Assembly (NCBI RefSeq): GCF_006345805.1
Contig: NC_043001.1
Coordinates: 111,538,001 to 111,602,000, forward strand
Length of the DNA: 64,000 nt
Direction: 5' to 3'
From: Octopus sinensis
Lineage: Eukaryota
The position numbers and the translations under genes are program-made. The stretch's first letter is position 1. Every line of letters begins with the position of its first letter. Shown piece by piece: positions 38,797 to 54,848 of this stretch. The notes below the pieces were generated by a model, which saw only the letters and a list, made by a program, of their open reading frames with translations, was not told the DNA's origin and ran no database searches.

Positions 38797-39191
38797 TTTT
38801 CTGATCTAGGCAGAAGGCCCGAAATTTTAGTGGAGGGGGCTAGTTGATTAGATCAACCCCAGTACGCAAATGATACGTAATTTATCGACTCCGAAAGGAT
38901 GAAAGTCAAATTCGACTTCGGCGGAATTTGAACTTAGAACGTAGCAGCAGACGAAATACCTATTTCTTTACTACCCACAAGTTACTAAACACAGAGGGGA
39001 AAAACAAGGACAGACAAACGGATTAAGTCGATTATATCGACCCCAGTGCGTAACTGGTACTTACTCAATCGACCCCGAAAGGATGAATGGCAAAGTCGAC
39101 CTCGGCGGAATTTGAACTCAGAACGTAAAGACAGACGAAATACCGCTAAGAATTTCACCCGGCGTGCCAAAGTTTCTGCCAGCTCGCCGCC
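38797..39191 (-). mobile_element. Dimeric SINE family B
   Basis: Two tandem bodies joined at GACGAAATACC|TATTTC. Confidence 0.85.
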
Positions 39192-39464
39192 TTGAATTGG
39201 CGATAAACTGACATATAGAAACATTTAAAAACATAACATGGTGAAAGTTTCAAAGTCCGTTCACCTAGGGTCACGCCTTGGAACAAAAGACTGTATCTCC
39301 AGGCTTTGAGATAGGTTATAAGCAAAATTGTCTGGTACTATTTAGAACGTGATCACTAGGAAAAATGAAAAGTATTATGAATGTCTTTAAACTGAAGGCA
39401 TTCCAATTTATATTGAGACATAAAATCTGCCTAAGAATAAAAATATTTTATGTATTCTCAAGGG

Positions 39465-39670
39465 CGAACTGACAAAATCGTGACTGAGTGGGACAAAATG
39501 CTTAGCAGCATTTCCTCTGTCATTACGTTCTGTGTTCAAGTGTCACCGGGGTGTCGTTTACCTTTCATACTTTTGGGGTCATAAAATACGTATCAGTTAA
39601 GCACTGGGTTCGATGCAATCGACTCAGTTCCACCCACGAAATTGCTGGCCTGGTGCCAACAATTGAAACC
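39465..39670 (+). mobile_element. SINE family B, degenerate
   Basis: aaatgcttagcagcatttc..ttacgttctgtgttcaag..ctttcatacttttggggtcataaaata. Confidence 0.6.
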
Positions 39671-39704
39671 AATATTTTATCTTCCTTAAAGTAATAATCC
39701 TTTC

Positions 39705-40075
39705 TACTGAAGGAACAATGCCTGGAATTTGGTGGGAGGGGACTAGTCATGTGCATCGCCCCCACCCCAGTGTTTCACTAGTGCGTAATGTATTGAACCC
39801 TGAAAGAAGGAAAAGCAAAGTCGACCTCGACTGAATTTGAAATCAGAACGTGAAGACGGACTAAACGTTCCTGAGCCTTTTCCCCGCCGTGCGACCGATT
39901 CTGCCAACCTTGTTTTTCAATTAATAATCTTATCTATTATATGTACAAGGCTTGAAATTTGGTGGCAGGGAGTTAGTCGATTACATCGACCTCAGTGTTT
40001 CACTATTACTCAATTTATCTACCCAGAAAACATGAAAGGTAAAGTCGACCTCTAATTTGAACTTAGAACGTAGCG
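39705..40075 (-). mobile_element. Degenerate tandem SINE family B copies
   Basis: Two aaagtcgacctc..aatttga..cagaacgt blocks. Confidence 0.6.
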
Positions 40076-40882
40076 CCATGTTTTTAAAGTAATAATACAA
40101 TACAATTTAAAGGAGTTTTGCTTGCTATTTATTGGAAGTTAGAGGCCTTTATAGAGGCCCTCTTATTTCTGAAGTACACTTCCAGGTCTGATGTGAAGAG
40201 ATATAATCGATCGGTAAATGGATTAAATTATGTCTGCCTCGAACCTAACGTTGAAATCTAATACAGCTTTGAACTTAGATCATTGATTGTCAAAATTATA
40301 TGGTATAAATTTATTCCTTCCTTTTAGCGATATATAACTTTTCAATAAAATCAAAACTTGCTATTTTGACAAAAACAAAGACGCTCAGTCAATCCTTCAA
40401 CATTTATGTATTAACAGATTTGAATGAAATTAAATGCAAACGGATGATTACAAAAAAAAATACATGAAAGTGAGGAGACATTAAAAGGGAAAAAAAATAC
40501 TTATACAAAAAATACAGAAATAGTCGCAAAATGAAAACTAGAAATTAAATCTCAAAATTTCAAAGATCAAATATTATTTCATACAAGAGACACTTCATAT
40601 TACCAGGGGCTATAATTTTACGTTAAAGACATTATGAACTGATGGTAAATTAAATATAGAAGAGATTATTATGATACCGAAATTATAAATTATGATCATT
40701 TACGTGATTGATATTTAGAGAAGATATCAGTGAAGCGTTTTATAAACTTTATTGAAATGGCGTCTTGAATACATTTAAAAAATTTAAATGTCGTATAAAA
40801 AACTACAGTGGATTTAAAATTCTAAGTAGGATAATAGGATAAAGGTCAACTGAAACTCAGTAACGAAATTGCATATGTATAT

Positions 40883-40927
<45 letters not shown>

Positions 40928-41257
40928 CTTTCATTTATTCATATACAACACACACATTTCTGCACATGAACCCGCAGTTTCTACCCTTGGACAGGTCGCT
41001 TCAACCGTGTTTCTGACGTGAATTTGCTACCCAGGTTTCGGTTAAACGAGTTTCCCATGCTGACGATAAACATAGGATAATTCATTCACCTATTTAAATA
41101 TATATATATACATACTTATAAATAAGTTGTTTATAATTTAACCTTTAAAGGTATTTTTTAATATGCTAGCCATTGATAAATTTTTTTTCGAAAAAATGTT
41201 ATCCTACATTAGATATACATACATACATACACACACACACACAACACACACACACAC

Positions 41258-41289
<32 letters not shown>

Positions 41290-41599
41290 ATATATATATA
41301 TATATATGAAACAAGACCGAGTGTGTTAGAAACACTTACAGTAATAGGAATAGGAGCTAAACCCTCTAATGCTGCAGGTCAAAAGACATGATTTAATTCA
41401 TTCAGGCTGACAGGGACCGTAAATGGCCGAAAAACACCGGTCGATTACGGTCCTTGTAAGCATGCATGCTTTGACTGCACCATTCAAGCGTTTTGTTGTT
41501 ATTTCTAGCAATGTAGGTGTTTCTAACACTTTTGATACACATTTGCTTATTGCTGACTAAATCAATTGCGTGTGTGTTTGTGTGTGTGTGTGTGTGTGT

Positions 41600-41956
41600 A
41601 GGCACGATGCCTAGTTGTTAGGGTATCAGACTTGCGGCGAAAGGATAGCGGTTTCGATTTGTGAGTGTTTATTGAGCAAAATCATCTAAAGCTCCTCCAA
41701 GCTACAGCAGGGGCTGGTGTTGAACCCCGCTGTATTATTTCAACACAACTTTCTCTCACTCTTTCTTCTTGTTTCTGTTGTATCTGTATTTAAAAGTGCC
41801 AGCCTTGTCGCACGCTGAATCTCCCCGAGAAGTACGTTAAAAGTACACGTGTCTGTGGAAAGCTCAGCTACTTGCACTTGCACGTTAATTTCACGAGCAG
41901 GCTGTTCCATTGATTGGATGAACTGGAACCCTCGTCGTCGTAACCGATGGAGTGCC
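41600..41956 (+). mobile_element. SINE family E
   Basis: Homologous to 19547-19910. Confidence 0.8.
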
Positions 41957-42279
41957 ATAGTCATATATATATATATAGAAAGAGAGAGACAGACAGACAG
42001 ATATAGATACATACATACATACATACATACATACATACATACATACATACACGCACGTGTATATAATATATAGAGAGAGATTAATCAAAGGAATGGCAGG
42101 ATATTGGCTTTGAACTCCATGCTACGCGTTTCATCATTGCATGATTGGGATTTCAAAGGTATGTAGGCCTATTATACATGAATAAAATGGTAGTTTCTAC
42201 ACTTTAATGAAAATCGTGTGATATGGATTTTAATCTATAGCAACCATTTGTCTTCATTTTTTCTTTAATGTAGTTACTC

Positions 42280-42845
42280 TGCAAATAAGACTGGGGATCT
42301 TGGAGCACTTTCGTGCCTGGTGGACACAGTGTCCAAGAAAATCTTCTGGTGAACATGAACAAGGTACTTCTTCCTCGTATTCATATCAAGCTTTGTTTAA
42401 TGAAGAATTTTGTGAAGGTCATGGACAAGGTTCTGCAAAGCTCAAGGACCTCAAATCCGCGAGGTGCTGAAGGATAAGGACTTTGAGAAGCTTCTGACTT
42501 TAAAGCAAGTGAGAATATAGGCAGCATTTAAGTCAGCCTGTCATGGCTTCCTTGGTAACACCAGGGTACTAGATTACCAAGAGTGTATCGAGAAGTTGTT
42601 ACAGTTTTATGAGGGTATGAGATGCCGAATGCCACTCAAAATTCACGTTCTCTACTCCCACCTCAATTTCTTCCCTCCGAAACTCGGGGCAGTGAGCGAG
42701 GAGCATGGAGAAAGGTTCTACCAAGATATTACTAAGATGAAGAGCAACTACTAAGGGAAGTGTAACCCCAGCATGATGGGGGACTTTTACTGGGTGTTCT
42801 TGCATGACATCCCGGAGTCAATTACACAAGATCGTCCAAAATAGC
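42280..42845 (+). mobile_element. Chapaev3-like (CMC) DNA transposase C-terminal fragment, pseudogenised; not in the ORF track
   Basis: FVPG..V...LV...KVLLP.IHIKLCLMKNFVK.MDK, then FKS.CHGFLGN...CRMPLKIH.L.SHLNFFP.KLGAVSEEHGERFYQDI..M...Y*GK.NPSMMGDFYW; superfamily assignment from recalled motif. Confidence 0.7.
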
Positions 42846-43032
42846 CACTACTGTCTGTTGTAACTTGATTTCTGTGTATTGTATTATCCAAGTAGTTTAG
42901 TTCTATCAATATTCTGTATCTATACTTTTTGCTGTTTTTTGTAATATGCTTTTGTAACAGATGAAATAAATACATTATTATTTAAATTATTTACAGTGGA
43001 CGAATATGTATCCTCATCTTGTTTGTTGTTAG

Positions 43033-43075
43033 CACAACGTTTCGGCTTACTTACTCTTCAGCCTTCATCAGGTGT
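43033..43075 (-). ncRNA. Minimal type-I hammerhead ribozyme motif, canonical core
   Basis: aCAC-CTGATGA-a-GGCT..AGCC-GAAA-C-GTT-GTG. Confidence 0.65.
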
Positions 43076-43210
43076 ACTCGTTGAATCTTGAACCCAATCC
43101 TGGGTTCTTATTCCTAAGGGGTTTTTGCTGATGTTATTATTATTATTTATTCAAGGAACTGCCTGAAATTGAGCTCGGAACCTAGGGTTGGGTTCCAAAT
43201 TCTTCCAGGA

Positions 43211-43252
43211 CACCTGATGAAGACTGGAGAGTAAACCAGCCGATACGTTGTG
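43211..43252 (+). ncRNA. Mutated hammerhead copy (GAAA to GATA)
   Basis: CAC-CTGATGA-a-GACTG..CAGCC-GATA-C-GTT-GTG. Confidence 0.45.
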
Positions 43253-44397
43253 GTAACAACAAAAAACATGAGGACACATATCTGTCCAATGTAAATAATG
43301 TAAATGATATACAGAATTCCTCATCTCTAAAATATATAACATTAAACATATATTTTGAATTTATATGCAGTATAATTAAAATGGGATATGTGAAGGCAAA
43401 AAAATCTAGAGCTGATAGCACAAAACTGTTCAGAAAATTTATTTCAGCATCTCAGAATTAGTAAAAAAAAACACCTGTTCATATCCTTACCTCAGAGCAA
43501 ACAGAAAACGTTTTGTAAATCAATGTAATTTATTGTGAAAACAAAAGGACAAAAACGTCAAGAACTTTGAGTTTTTTTTTACACAATAGGTAGGATACTG
43601 CAAGACACAGAATAAAGAAAAAAACAATTAACTGAGGTCGTTGATCTCTTATAAAACAATTAGCGTTTCAACAGCATTTTATAGCTGTCAGTTAACTGTT
43701 TGTCTTCGCCTGTCTGTTTCAGTTCCCTATGGTGTTGTTAGTAATACCTGGAGGTTATTGAGAACATGATAATGCATCTTACGCATGGATAAGTTGAAGT
43801 AGAAAATACCCATTTTCTAGTCTAACTGTTCATTATTTGCGTTAGAAACCAGGCAATAATGATGTTAACAATACAATACAGGTGACTTTAAAAAAATTCC
43901 AATTTATCACAGATATCCAGACTCAACAAGGCTGAAAAGAGATCTCGAGTTTGAGGTGTAGAGCTGTTTCTAAGATACAAGTCTAATCAATTCTCTATAA
44001 GGCATCGCGATAAAGTGAATTCCTTATAAGCTTGAGATGTCAAGACGCCAATAATTTTAAACTACTAATATTGAAATATATGTGTAGAAAATATTCAGAA
44101 GCAGATTGCTTCTGAATATATAATATATATATATATATACACCTTTAACTGTTTCAGCTTGAAAGCTGCGTCATCTGAAGAAGGGGAATATTCTTTATGT
44201 TGTATGTCTCGTTTCTCTGGGGGTTTTTCAGCTGTTCGAAACAAAGTTCGTTTCTATGTTTTTGTTTTTATGTTTTCGTTTCTTATTGTGTTCAACGTTT
44301 TTTTTTTGATGCCCTGTATCCATATATGCATGTATATATACATATATATGTAAGTATGCACATATATGTATGTATATATGCATATGTATATATATTA

Positions 44398-44465
<68 letters not shown>

Positions 44466-44469
44466 GCAT

Positions 44470-44620
44470 ACAGGACGTGTTCCTTTCAGTTTCCGAGAAG
44501 GAATCCTCTCACAGGGCTTCAATCGCACCGGTGGCGTAGCAGAAGACATCGGCTTTGATATCACGTTGTGATACTGAACACCGTACCACGCGGTAGGAGA
44601 GCAATCTTTTTCAAGTATTC
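44470..44620 (-). mobile_element. SINE family A 5' part, highly degenerate
   Basis: ctttcagtttccg..tagcagaagaca..actgaac. Confidence 0.45.
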
Positions 44621-44918
44621 TTAACATACGATGACTGGAGAAGAAATTCATGATGATATTTAGTCCATATTGTTATGCACTACAGTTTAATATACCATAT
44701 ATGCACTTTTCTCGCAAGTGCTTTATGCGTTTGTTTAAAAAGAGAAAATGGAGTCACAGTTTTGAAATATTAATGGTCTATTTAGATTTTTTTAATGAAA
44801 ATTTACTTATCTTTAACATTTACTTGAGATATGAATATTTTATATCCAATCATATGAAACTTCTTATACTTTTGCTAATATAATTCAAAAATATGTAGTA
44901 AATCTTTTGTTTGTTGGG

Positions 44919-44962
<44 letters not shown>

Positions 44963-47263
44963 TATACATCGATCAATTTTGGAGTGCACAAAAGAATTTT
45001 ATGCATAAAATGACCATTGTAATGTAAATGCTGTCAGCTTCTCCTATATATGTATTTATAAAAAAAAAACTAGGCCAATATAGGTGTAACCTGCAACTCC
45101 AACAGTTGCACTTGTGCACATATATTCACATATACACTTTTGTCCGTGTAAGTGCACACGTATTTGTGTCTGTAGTAGCAAAAATGTATGTCACAAGTAC
45201 ATACATTTCTGTTTTTTATGTATAACGTGTGTGAGTGGGTGTCCACGTGTGTTGTGAAGTTTCATGTCACGTATTTAGTATTTTTCGCTCTGTGTGGTGG
45301 TGGTAGTGGGGGTGATGTGTGTATGAAAATATTTTCGAAAAGAAGGCCATGTATATCTTGTGACTGGTAATTTTCCCAACTTGCTTACCGTTCCTTGCAC
45401 AGAACAGAAGGCGGCGCCCTACTCCATTCGATTATATAGATCACCTGCCCATAAACGCTTATGAATTATGTTAGCACCATAAGAAATATCCTAATTTTGA
45501 TACATACGCTTCTTAGATCTCTTTAAAGGCTATTCACTGCGGATGTAACTGCGTTTGATATAGCACCAGGAAATGCTAGTCGGTGGAACCGTGACGTATC
45601 TTCGCATACTAGTAGAATACAAAGATTGCGTTTGTAGTCATAGTTTTATTTGACTCCTCTTTGGTTGCAAAATATTCAAATATATTTCATTCCTCGAGAT
45701 TTATACTGCTGTGTGTATAAATAGCAAGACCGTCAAAAGTACTCATATACGAATAATGATATCCACTACGATGTTGTGTAATTCAGGATTGTTTTATAAG
45801 CAACTGTTATATGCTTATGATTGTTACATCTTCTCCGAGGAGCGAGTGACAAAAATTAAACGGTCCGTCAAGATACTTTTCTTCTTACACATGATTAGTG
45901 TAGAAACATGCTTACATTCTAGTTCTTATTTAAACCTGGGAAAAACTTTGTAATATTCAATTTAGCTTCAATTCTTTTAATTAAAGCTATGTTATATATG
46001 CGTGTTGGGGTGTGTGTATATGTCACATATCTTGCGTTGCGTGTTTATGTGCCACATGCAAACTTGTGTATGTGTTTATATGTGTGCATTTCGCAATCGT
46101 TTGATATTATCTCTCAGTCAATATTATAATGTTTATGTCACCCACCACCACAACCACAATTTTATTCTAGCTATCAGGACTGTTTTCAACATTATGAAAA
46201 TCATTTACTTTTTAAAACACTTATTACCAAACTTTTTAATCTACAAAACAATTTCTAAGACACTTTATTCATTTTTATCATAAACCTTCCTCCTTTTTCT
46301 CACAATATCTTTTCAAAATATCCAAATATTGTCCACTGAAAGTCGCGTACAAATTCTTTCAATGGCATTTTACACGTCGCAAATTATTACTTTGCTGACG
46401 TTGTTTAATAGTTATTGTTCAGATTTTCTCATTAAGTTGCTAGATGATTATATTTAGCAAACTTCTTTTGGAAACAGTCTAGACCTATTTTTTGTTTATT
46501 TTCAGTTTCATTCACTTCTCTTATTTTATGTTTTTGACTTGAGAAATTTGAAATTTAAAATGTAACCGGCGGTAAGTGGAATTACTAGGGTGCATGGCAA
46601 GACAGCTCTGCTGTATTTTTTATTTCAAATCTTACCGATTCTACCTGACATTTTAACATTCCTTCTGCGATCAATGAACTGTATGTCGTGATTGGAATAT
46701 CGGAAATCATTTTAAATTAACACTCAATGCTTTTCGACAAATCAGCTATGTAAGTAGCTAATAACAAAAATATTAATATAAAGTAGCTAATAACAAAAAT
46801 ATTAAATGAGAAATTGTGTGTTGAAACATAAATCTAAAACTTGTCTTACACTGGTTACTATCAAGATAGTTACTTTTAATTAAATGACGAATACATTTTT
46901 CAAACCAAACGAAGTTCGAAATATACGCTGTTTTAAGAAATGCACTGACAAAATCCCGGATTCAGAAATTAAGAAAGCGACCGTGTATTTCATTGGTCGA
47001 GAGGTCGATGTATTGTATTGCCATTGTAAATATTGTGGAGTAATGGGGCTTCGAAAACTAGAATCGATATGTCCTTTGCATTTTTCCAAAAATATTTCTC
47101 CATATATTTCATTGTAATTACTATGGTGAGGCCGACTGTAATGTGTCTTGTAACTGAAATGCTGATAAAACTTCGGATTCTTAATGTGTCCTGAATTAAA
47201 AACTCTCTCCTTTTATACGTCTCTATATATATATCTACATCTACAGCTATATATATATATGTA

Positions 47264-47321
<58 letters not shown>

Positions 47322-48304
47322 ACATCTTCATCTATATGTAATATCTATATCTACGTCTCGATATAGGCATGTGGGTTTTAGCAACATTAGGTTCCAATCT
47401 ATTTTACGTTCCTAAGTGACTTACATTTCGCTTTCATCTAGATATACTTGTAGATTATTGTAAACCGAAAGATCGTGGCTGAATATCGAAACAGCATTAT
47501 CAATGTATATCATTATGTGTTACGAAACATCCACGAAATTGACCTTTACTTACAGATATTCCCAAATTAATATATATACTTACGCTAGAAATATAAATAT
47601 GACATTTTTGCTTTTCAGTGAAGCATGAATAGATAGATATGAGTTCAGAGGATATTCAGCGATTGCTTAAACTCATACTCAAATATGTATAAACTGCCGA
47701 CATCTTTTGGTTATTTTCATTAGTTGTATTAAAAAATAACATGCGTTAAGCATTAAACTATGTATGTTAGACAAACACACAAATAAATATTAAGAAGCTT
47801 AACTTTCACCGAAATAATTCATAAACTATACAACGCAAAAAAAAAAAACAACAACATATTTATTCAGCACACAAGCGTAAGTTACAATTTCTATATAACT
47901 CGAAAAACAGCCTCGGTTAATTTAGCATAAAATACAAGAATCTTCAGAAGATTGGATTTACGAGGAGATAAGACTGATAGTCGAGAAATGAAGCGACGCT
48001 ATGTGCCTCATTAGGCAAAAAATTTATTAAAGTAGGTATAACCACTTGGATGCACTGCAACAAGTGTGAAAGGAGGTCGATATTAGAAAAGAATAAAAAC
48101 ATAGCGATATTTCCTTCACAAAGAACGTAGACGATTGAAGATTCTGTCTGTTGGTTTGCCTGTCTGATTGCCTGTCTATCTATCTCTCCTCCCTCGCTCT
48201 TTCAGTCTACTTATATGTATATATATATGTGTGTGACTGTATGTGTATGTGACTGTGTATACATACATATATATATATACACACATGCATATATATATAT
48301 ATAT

Positions 48305-48555
<251 letters not shown>

Positions 48556-49509
48556 AGAGAAAGATTGTGAGAGGTAATGGTGTCAATAAGACCCAAAGAT
48601 GTCAGGTAATGCTAAGCAAGTGCTATGGTCAGACCATAGTTAAGCTCCAGGTTCGGTGATTATGCGAATTAGTAGTCCAACGTAGGTCGTATATCAGCAT
48701 GTGTATATATAATTTTTTTTTTCAAAATGAGATTTTAAAAAACCCCAAGGCTGTGAAGAATTTGTTCAATATGTAAATTGCTCTATCCAGTAGTATTACA
48801 CCGTTAAACGTTATGGGTATTTAAGTAATACGTTCGTGGATAGCTGATGGGTCGAATTTAGTGGTGATGAAAGAGTAACACCTCATGTGATATGATTTCT
48901 ATCTTCGATCGCGTTGTTTTGATAATCGTATTCGTATAAGCAACGTCGTAACATTGAGTGCCAGTCCTCAATCGTATAGATAATCGGTAGTGGTAAAGAT
49001 TAAAATGAGAACATCGCCACAGTTATGCCGAAAGTAACACACAATATTGTCTTGTAAGCCTTTAGTATACTTCATGTACATCAAAAAGTTGTGTCAACAG
49101 CTTTGGTGCATATCAAAAATCCCATATAGATCATATGAAATATTCAGTAATAATACCAATCCTAATTAATCTAATAATGCTTTTAGACTCGGTGTGAAAA
49201 TTATTGTAGAAATGTGAAGTCTCCCAAGGAAAATAAATTTATAAATATGATATACGATTTATCAAATAGTACGAAATTGAATCGAAAAGAAAATGTGACC
49301 AGTTATCTCACCTACATCTCGTGAAAATATTCGCTTAATATAATAACCGTAGCATATGAAAATTAAAGAAATTAAACAATGTTTTGGTAATTTACTGCAT
49401 CTAAAGAAGAACCACGTAATTTTGTGTTGTTACTGTATTAATGCCAACTAATTCATATTCACATCAATCAATCATTGTACACCCACATATTTACGTGTTC
49501 AAAATCATT

Positions 49510-49529
49510 GTTCAATCATATAATTAGAG

Positions 49530-49562
<33 letters not shown>

Positions 49563-49688
49563 TGTATGTGTGCGCGTGTTGGTATATATATGTGTGTGTG
49601 TGTGTGTGTGCGTGTGTGTGCGTGTGTGTGTACATATATATGTATGTATGCAAGTAAGTCCGTCTGTCTATCTATCTATCTATCAACC

Positions 49689-49787
<99 letters not shown>

Positions 49788-49790
49788 GTA
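49510..49790. repeat. (TATG)(TG)(TCTA) compound microsatellite
   Basis: Seen directly. Confidence 0.95.
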
Positions 49791-51239
49791 CTAAAATTAT
49801 TTAGGCTTTCGTTATCAGTACACCAACTTAACGAAATGTTCATGCATATGAAAAATATTTTTTAGGTATCTATCTTAAAATTATCACACTTACATACTGA
49901 TTCATTAAATATTGTGCTGAATCTACATTCTTTTATTTCCTCTGACATAACCGATGATTAGAAAGATGTTTATTAAATATAGTATTTAATTCTTAACAAA
50001 AGGTAGTAACTTCGTTATCTTTCAACCAACGCTTTTACTTAATAATGACATGCCTACACTCACTTGATCCTATCCAGTCGTGGGTCTTTTTACGTAAGAC
50101 GAATTACGAAATCCGACCGAAAATAATGCATATAGAAATAGGGAATATCTTTAATCTAAAGAATTGTCCAATAGTCGGTAATATTACCGTAATGTTAATT
50201 ATATTTATCATTTTATAAATCCCAAAGCATCGCTTTACGGAGTATGGAGTAAAACTAAAATATTTTGCGATTCGTAAAATTTTGTTTGTAAAATTTTCTT
50301 GGACGTGAGTAAATAACTGTCTTAAGATATTCTGCAATTGTATGAGTAATATTGTATTTCTATTACACATTAGAACATTAATATTCCTTTAGTAACTATT
50401 ATCCAATTCCTGCAGAGACTTTATAACTGCCGTATGTGAATTTACTGTAACGATGGATGCTCTGGCAACATAATTTAATAATTGTCAAATATGCAACTCA
50501 TCTACTGCAGTACATCTCTCCGAGGAAAGCCCTAAATGATCATTTGACCAGCTAGAAATTACAGACAATTCGACTTCAAATCATACTCTTCCAACATGGG
50601 AACGGAACGAACCTAGTGAAAATTGTAGCCCAAGATTTATTTCTAATTAAGAGAGACGCTCATAACTTGAATAAATATAAATCTGCTCAATAACAAATTA
50701 CATGGGATTAAACAATAATAATAAGTGGACATGTCGCCGGCTAGAAATAGTAAGCAAATGTCATTCGAATCGCTAAAAATATTAGACAAATACACACTGG
50801 AAATAGTAATCGAAACTAGATAGTGTAGAACATTCTAAAAATGAGAAATTGAATTGATAACACTAGCTATATGTAATAGATGAATATGTATGTGGTATCA
50901 TGTTCATAAAGTAGTATAGTACATGCTCAGCTGAGAGCAGATAATACAAATAAACACCACAAAAACTATATTTCCCCATTTTTTCAATGTGGTAAAAGCA
51001 AAGGCGTTTTAGTAACTGAGTTCCATGTCTTAATGAACATGTGAATTAAGAAGAGAGAGAGAGAGAGCCGTAAATGGGAGATAGTTAGCTGCATGATATA
51101 ATAGAAGTAGTGTTCATATCTGAATAACATTTTATAATTTCTGTGTAATTGTTAGGCCTTGGTGTAAAAGTAGAAAAGGAAATGTTCCTACTTGGCTGGA
51201 AATATACTCAAGCACTCGCATCAAAATAACTCAGCTAAG

Positions 51240-52605
<1,366 letters not shown>

Positions 52606-53147
52606 CTTAGCAGAGTTATTTTCATGCGAGAGCTTTAGTATATTGCCAGCCAAGTAGAGAGATTTCCCTTTTTTACATTCACATCAATGCCAAGCGTTTA
52701 AACAGGTCCTCTTGACAAATATATCTAAATATGTGTCACATTAACACATATTTCGTCATGTTATTTTTAGGCATATTCCGATATCTATAATTTGTCTTTC
52801 TTTAATGTTGTGTTGTATAGTGTGTCGTGTCTTAAGACTTATTGAGGAACAAGTCGAATAGGAAGTATATGCATGCATTTATGCTTATGTGTGTGTGCGC
52901 GTGGGACTCTGTGTGTGCCGTGTGTGTATGCGTGTATGTGTGTGTGAGTGAATAGACATGTAAATCTATGCATACATATCTATATACACACATATTTTGC
53001 TCGGCAAACAAGTATAAAGCAACACATTGCATATGTGTATTGAATCTTACTGCAAAAAATTAGTCATTGTAGTTTTAGATACACACACACACGTATACAT
53101 ACACACACACGCACGTACACACACTTCTAAGTAGAAATATGAATAGC

Positions 53148-53185
<38 letters not shown>

Positions 53186-53365
53186 ATTTATGTGTTTATG
53201 AATATACGCGCATACGATATAGATATCTGTGTCCGTTGGAATATTGGTGCGTATGTAAAAAGCTTCAAAGATTCAGTTTGCTATGTATAAGCAATGTTAA
53301 AAGAAATTAGGACAATTTATTACCCAAGTCGACGCAAAATATGTGGACAACAAGGGAAAATACAC

Positions 53366-53366
53366 A

Positions 53367-53436
<70 letters not shown>

Positions 53437-53514
53437 TGTGTGGTATAGATATTTATATATGTATATATATTTATTTTATTATGCATATATATGTATGCAT
53501 GTTATATATATGCA

Positions 53515-53573
<59 letters not shown>

Positions 53574-53600
53574 TATATTGTATGCATGTATATAAATATA

Positions 53601-53662
<62 letters not shown>
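53366..53662. repeat. (TC)n(TA)n compound microsatellite
   Basis: Seen directly. Confidence 0.9.
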
Positions 53663-53663
<1 letters not shown>

Positions 53664-53785
53664 TCGCTTGTTTCAGCTCAGATCTGCGGCCATGCTGATG
53701 CACCGCCGTTTTGTGCTACACTGTTATTACGAAGAACTTCCCCTAATATGTGGTACTTGGTGAAGAATGGAGTTTGACATAGCTA
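53663..53785 (-). mobile_element. CR1 3' end, same family as 32135-32480
   Basis: tttcagctcaga.ctgcggccatgctgatgcacc.ccgttttgtgctacactgttatta shared. Confidence 0.85.
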
Positions 53786-53797
53786 TATATATATTAT

Positions 53798-53831
<34 letters not shown>

Positions 53832-54040
53832 ATATATATAATATAATATATATATATACATGCATGCATATATATTCAAAATGTTTGGTGAATACCGATT
53901 GAATAAGATATCCTGTTATTTAAAATAAAAAATGTTTTAATACGTATATATAAATATATGTGTGTGTAAATATATACATATTCATACATACACACGCACA
54001 CACACACAGACACGCATAATATATATATACGCACACACAC

Positions 54041-54071
<31 letters not shown>

Positions 54072-54789
54072 CGCACACACACATTTATATATATATATGT
54101 ATATGCATATGTACATAAAACAAACTAAAAACTGTATTTTGTCTTTAAATAATAACAGGATATTTCATTCCATTCTATGTTCAGAAAAAATTTTTACATG
54201 AAAAGTTTCGTTTCCATCTCTACTGGGACAGGGCAAAATATACATAAATTTAGAAAGGGAAAGTAAATTCCCGTACTTTTTTATTGCAAAAGACATACAA
54301 TTGAATTAGATAAATGAAAGAAAATATGATTCTTAACAAAACAATAAATAACCCTGTTTGTTATTTTGTTATCTTCATTATATTCTAAATTTCTTGAATT
54401 GTAAATTTGTTCCTCTTATTTTTTCCTCTTGATTTATTTTATATTTTTTTGAATATTTTCTCTGTCCATTATTTAGCATTTTTAGTTTTTGTTGCTCTCT
54501 TCTACATACTTCTTTTAAATGATCGATGCTATAGGACTCAAAAATCTATGAATATATTTATACAAGTAAAAGTACATATATGTGCATGTGTGTGTGCCTG
54601 TGTGTGTGCATGTGTGTGTGCCTGTGTGTGTGCATGTGTGTGTGTATAAGCGTAGGAGTGGGCCCGAAATTATGCATCTAAATACATACATATATATATA
54701 TATATATATTATATATACATATATATATATATATATTATAAATATATATATATATATATATATATTATAGATAGATAGATAGATAGATA

Positions 54790-54848
<59 letters not shown>

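Larger units (their letters stand above)
42980..43305. mobile_element. Inverted pair of Penelope-type pseudo-LTRs, each with a hammerhead motif
   Basis: Arms at about 42980-43108 and 43177-43305 are imperfect reverse complements. Confidence 0.75.

Noticed and set aside
46884-47117. 77-aa Cys-containing ORF or possible mariner N-terminus
   Set aside because: No convincing motif spacing or TIRs.
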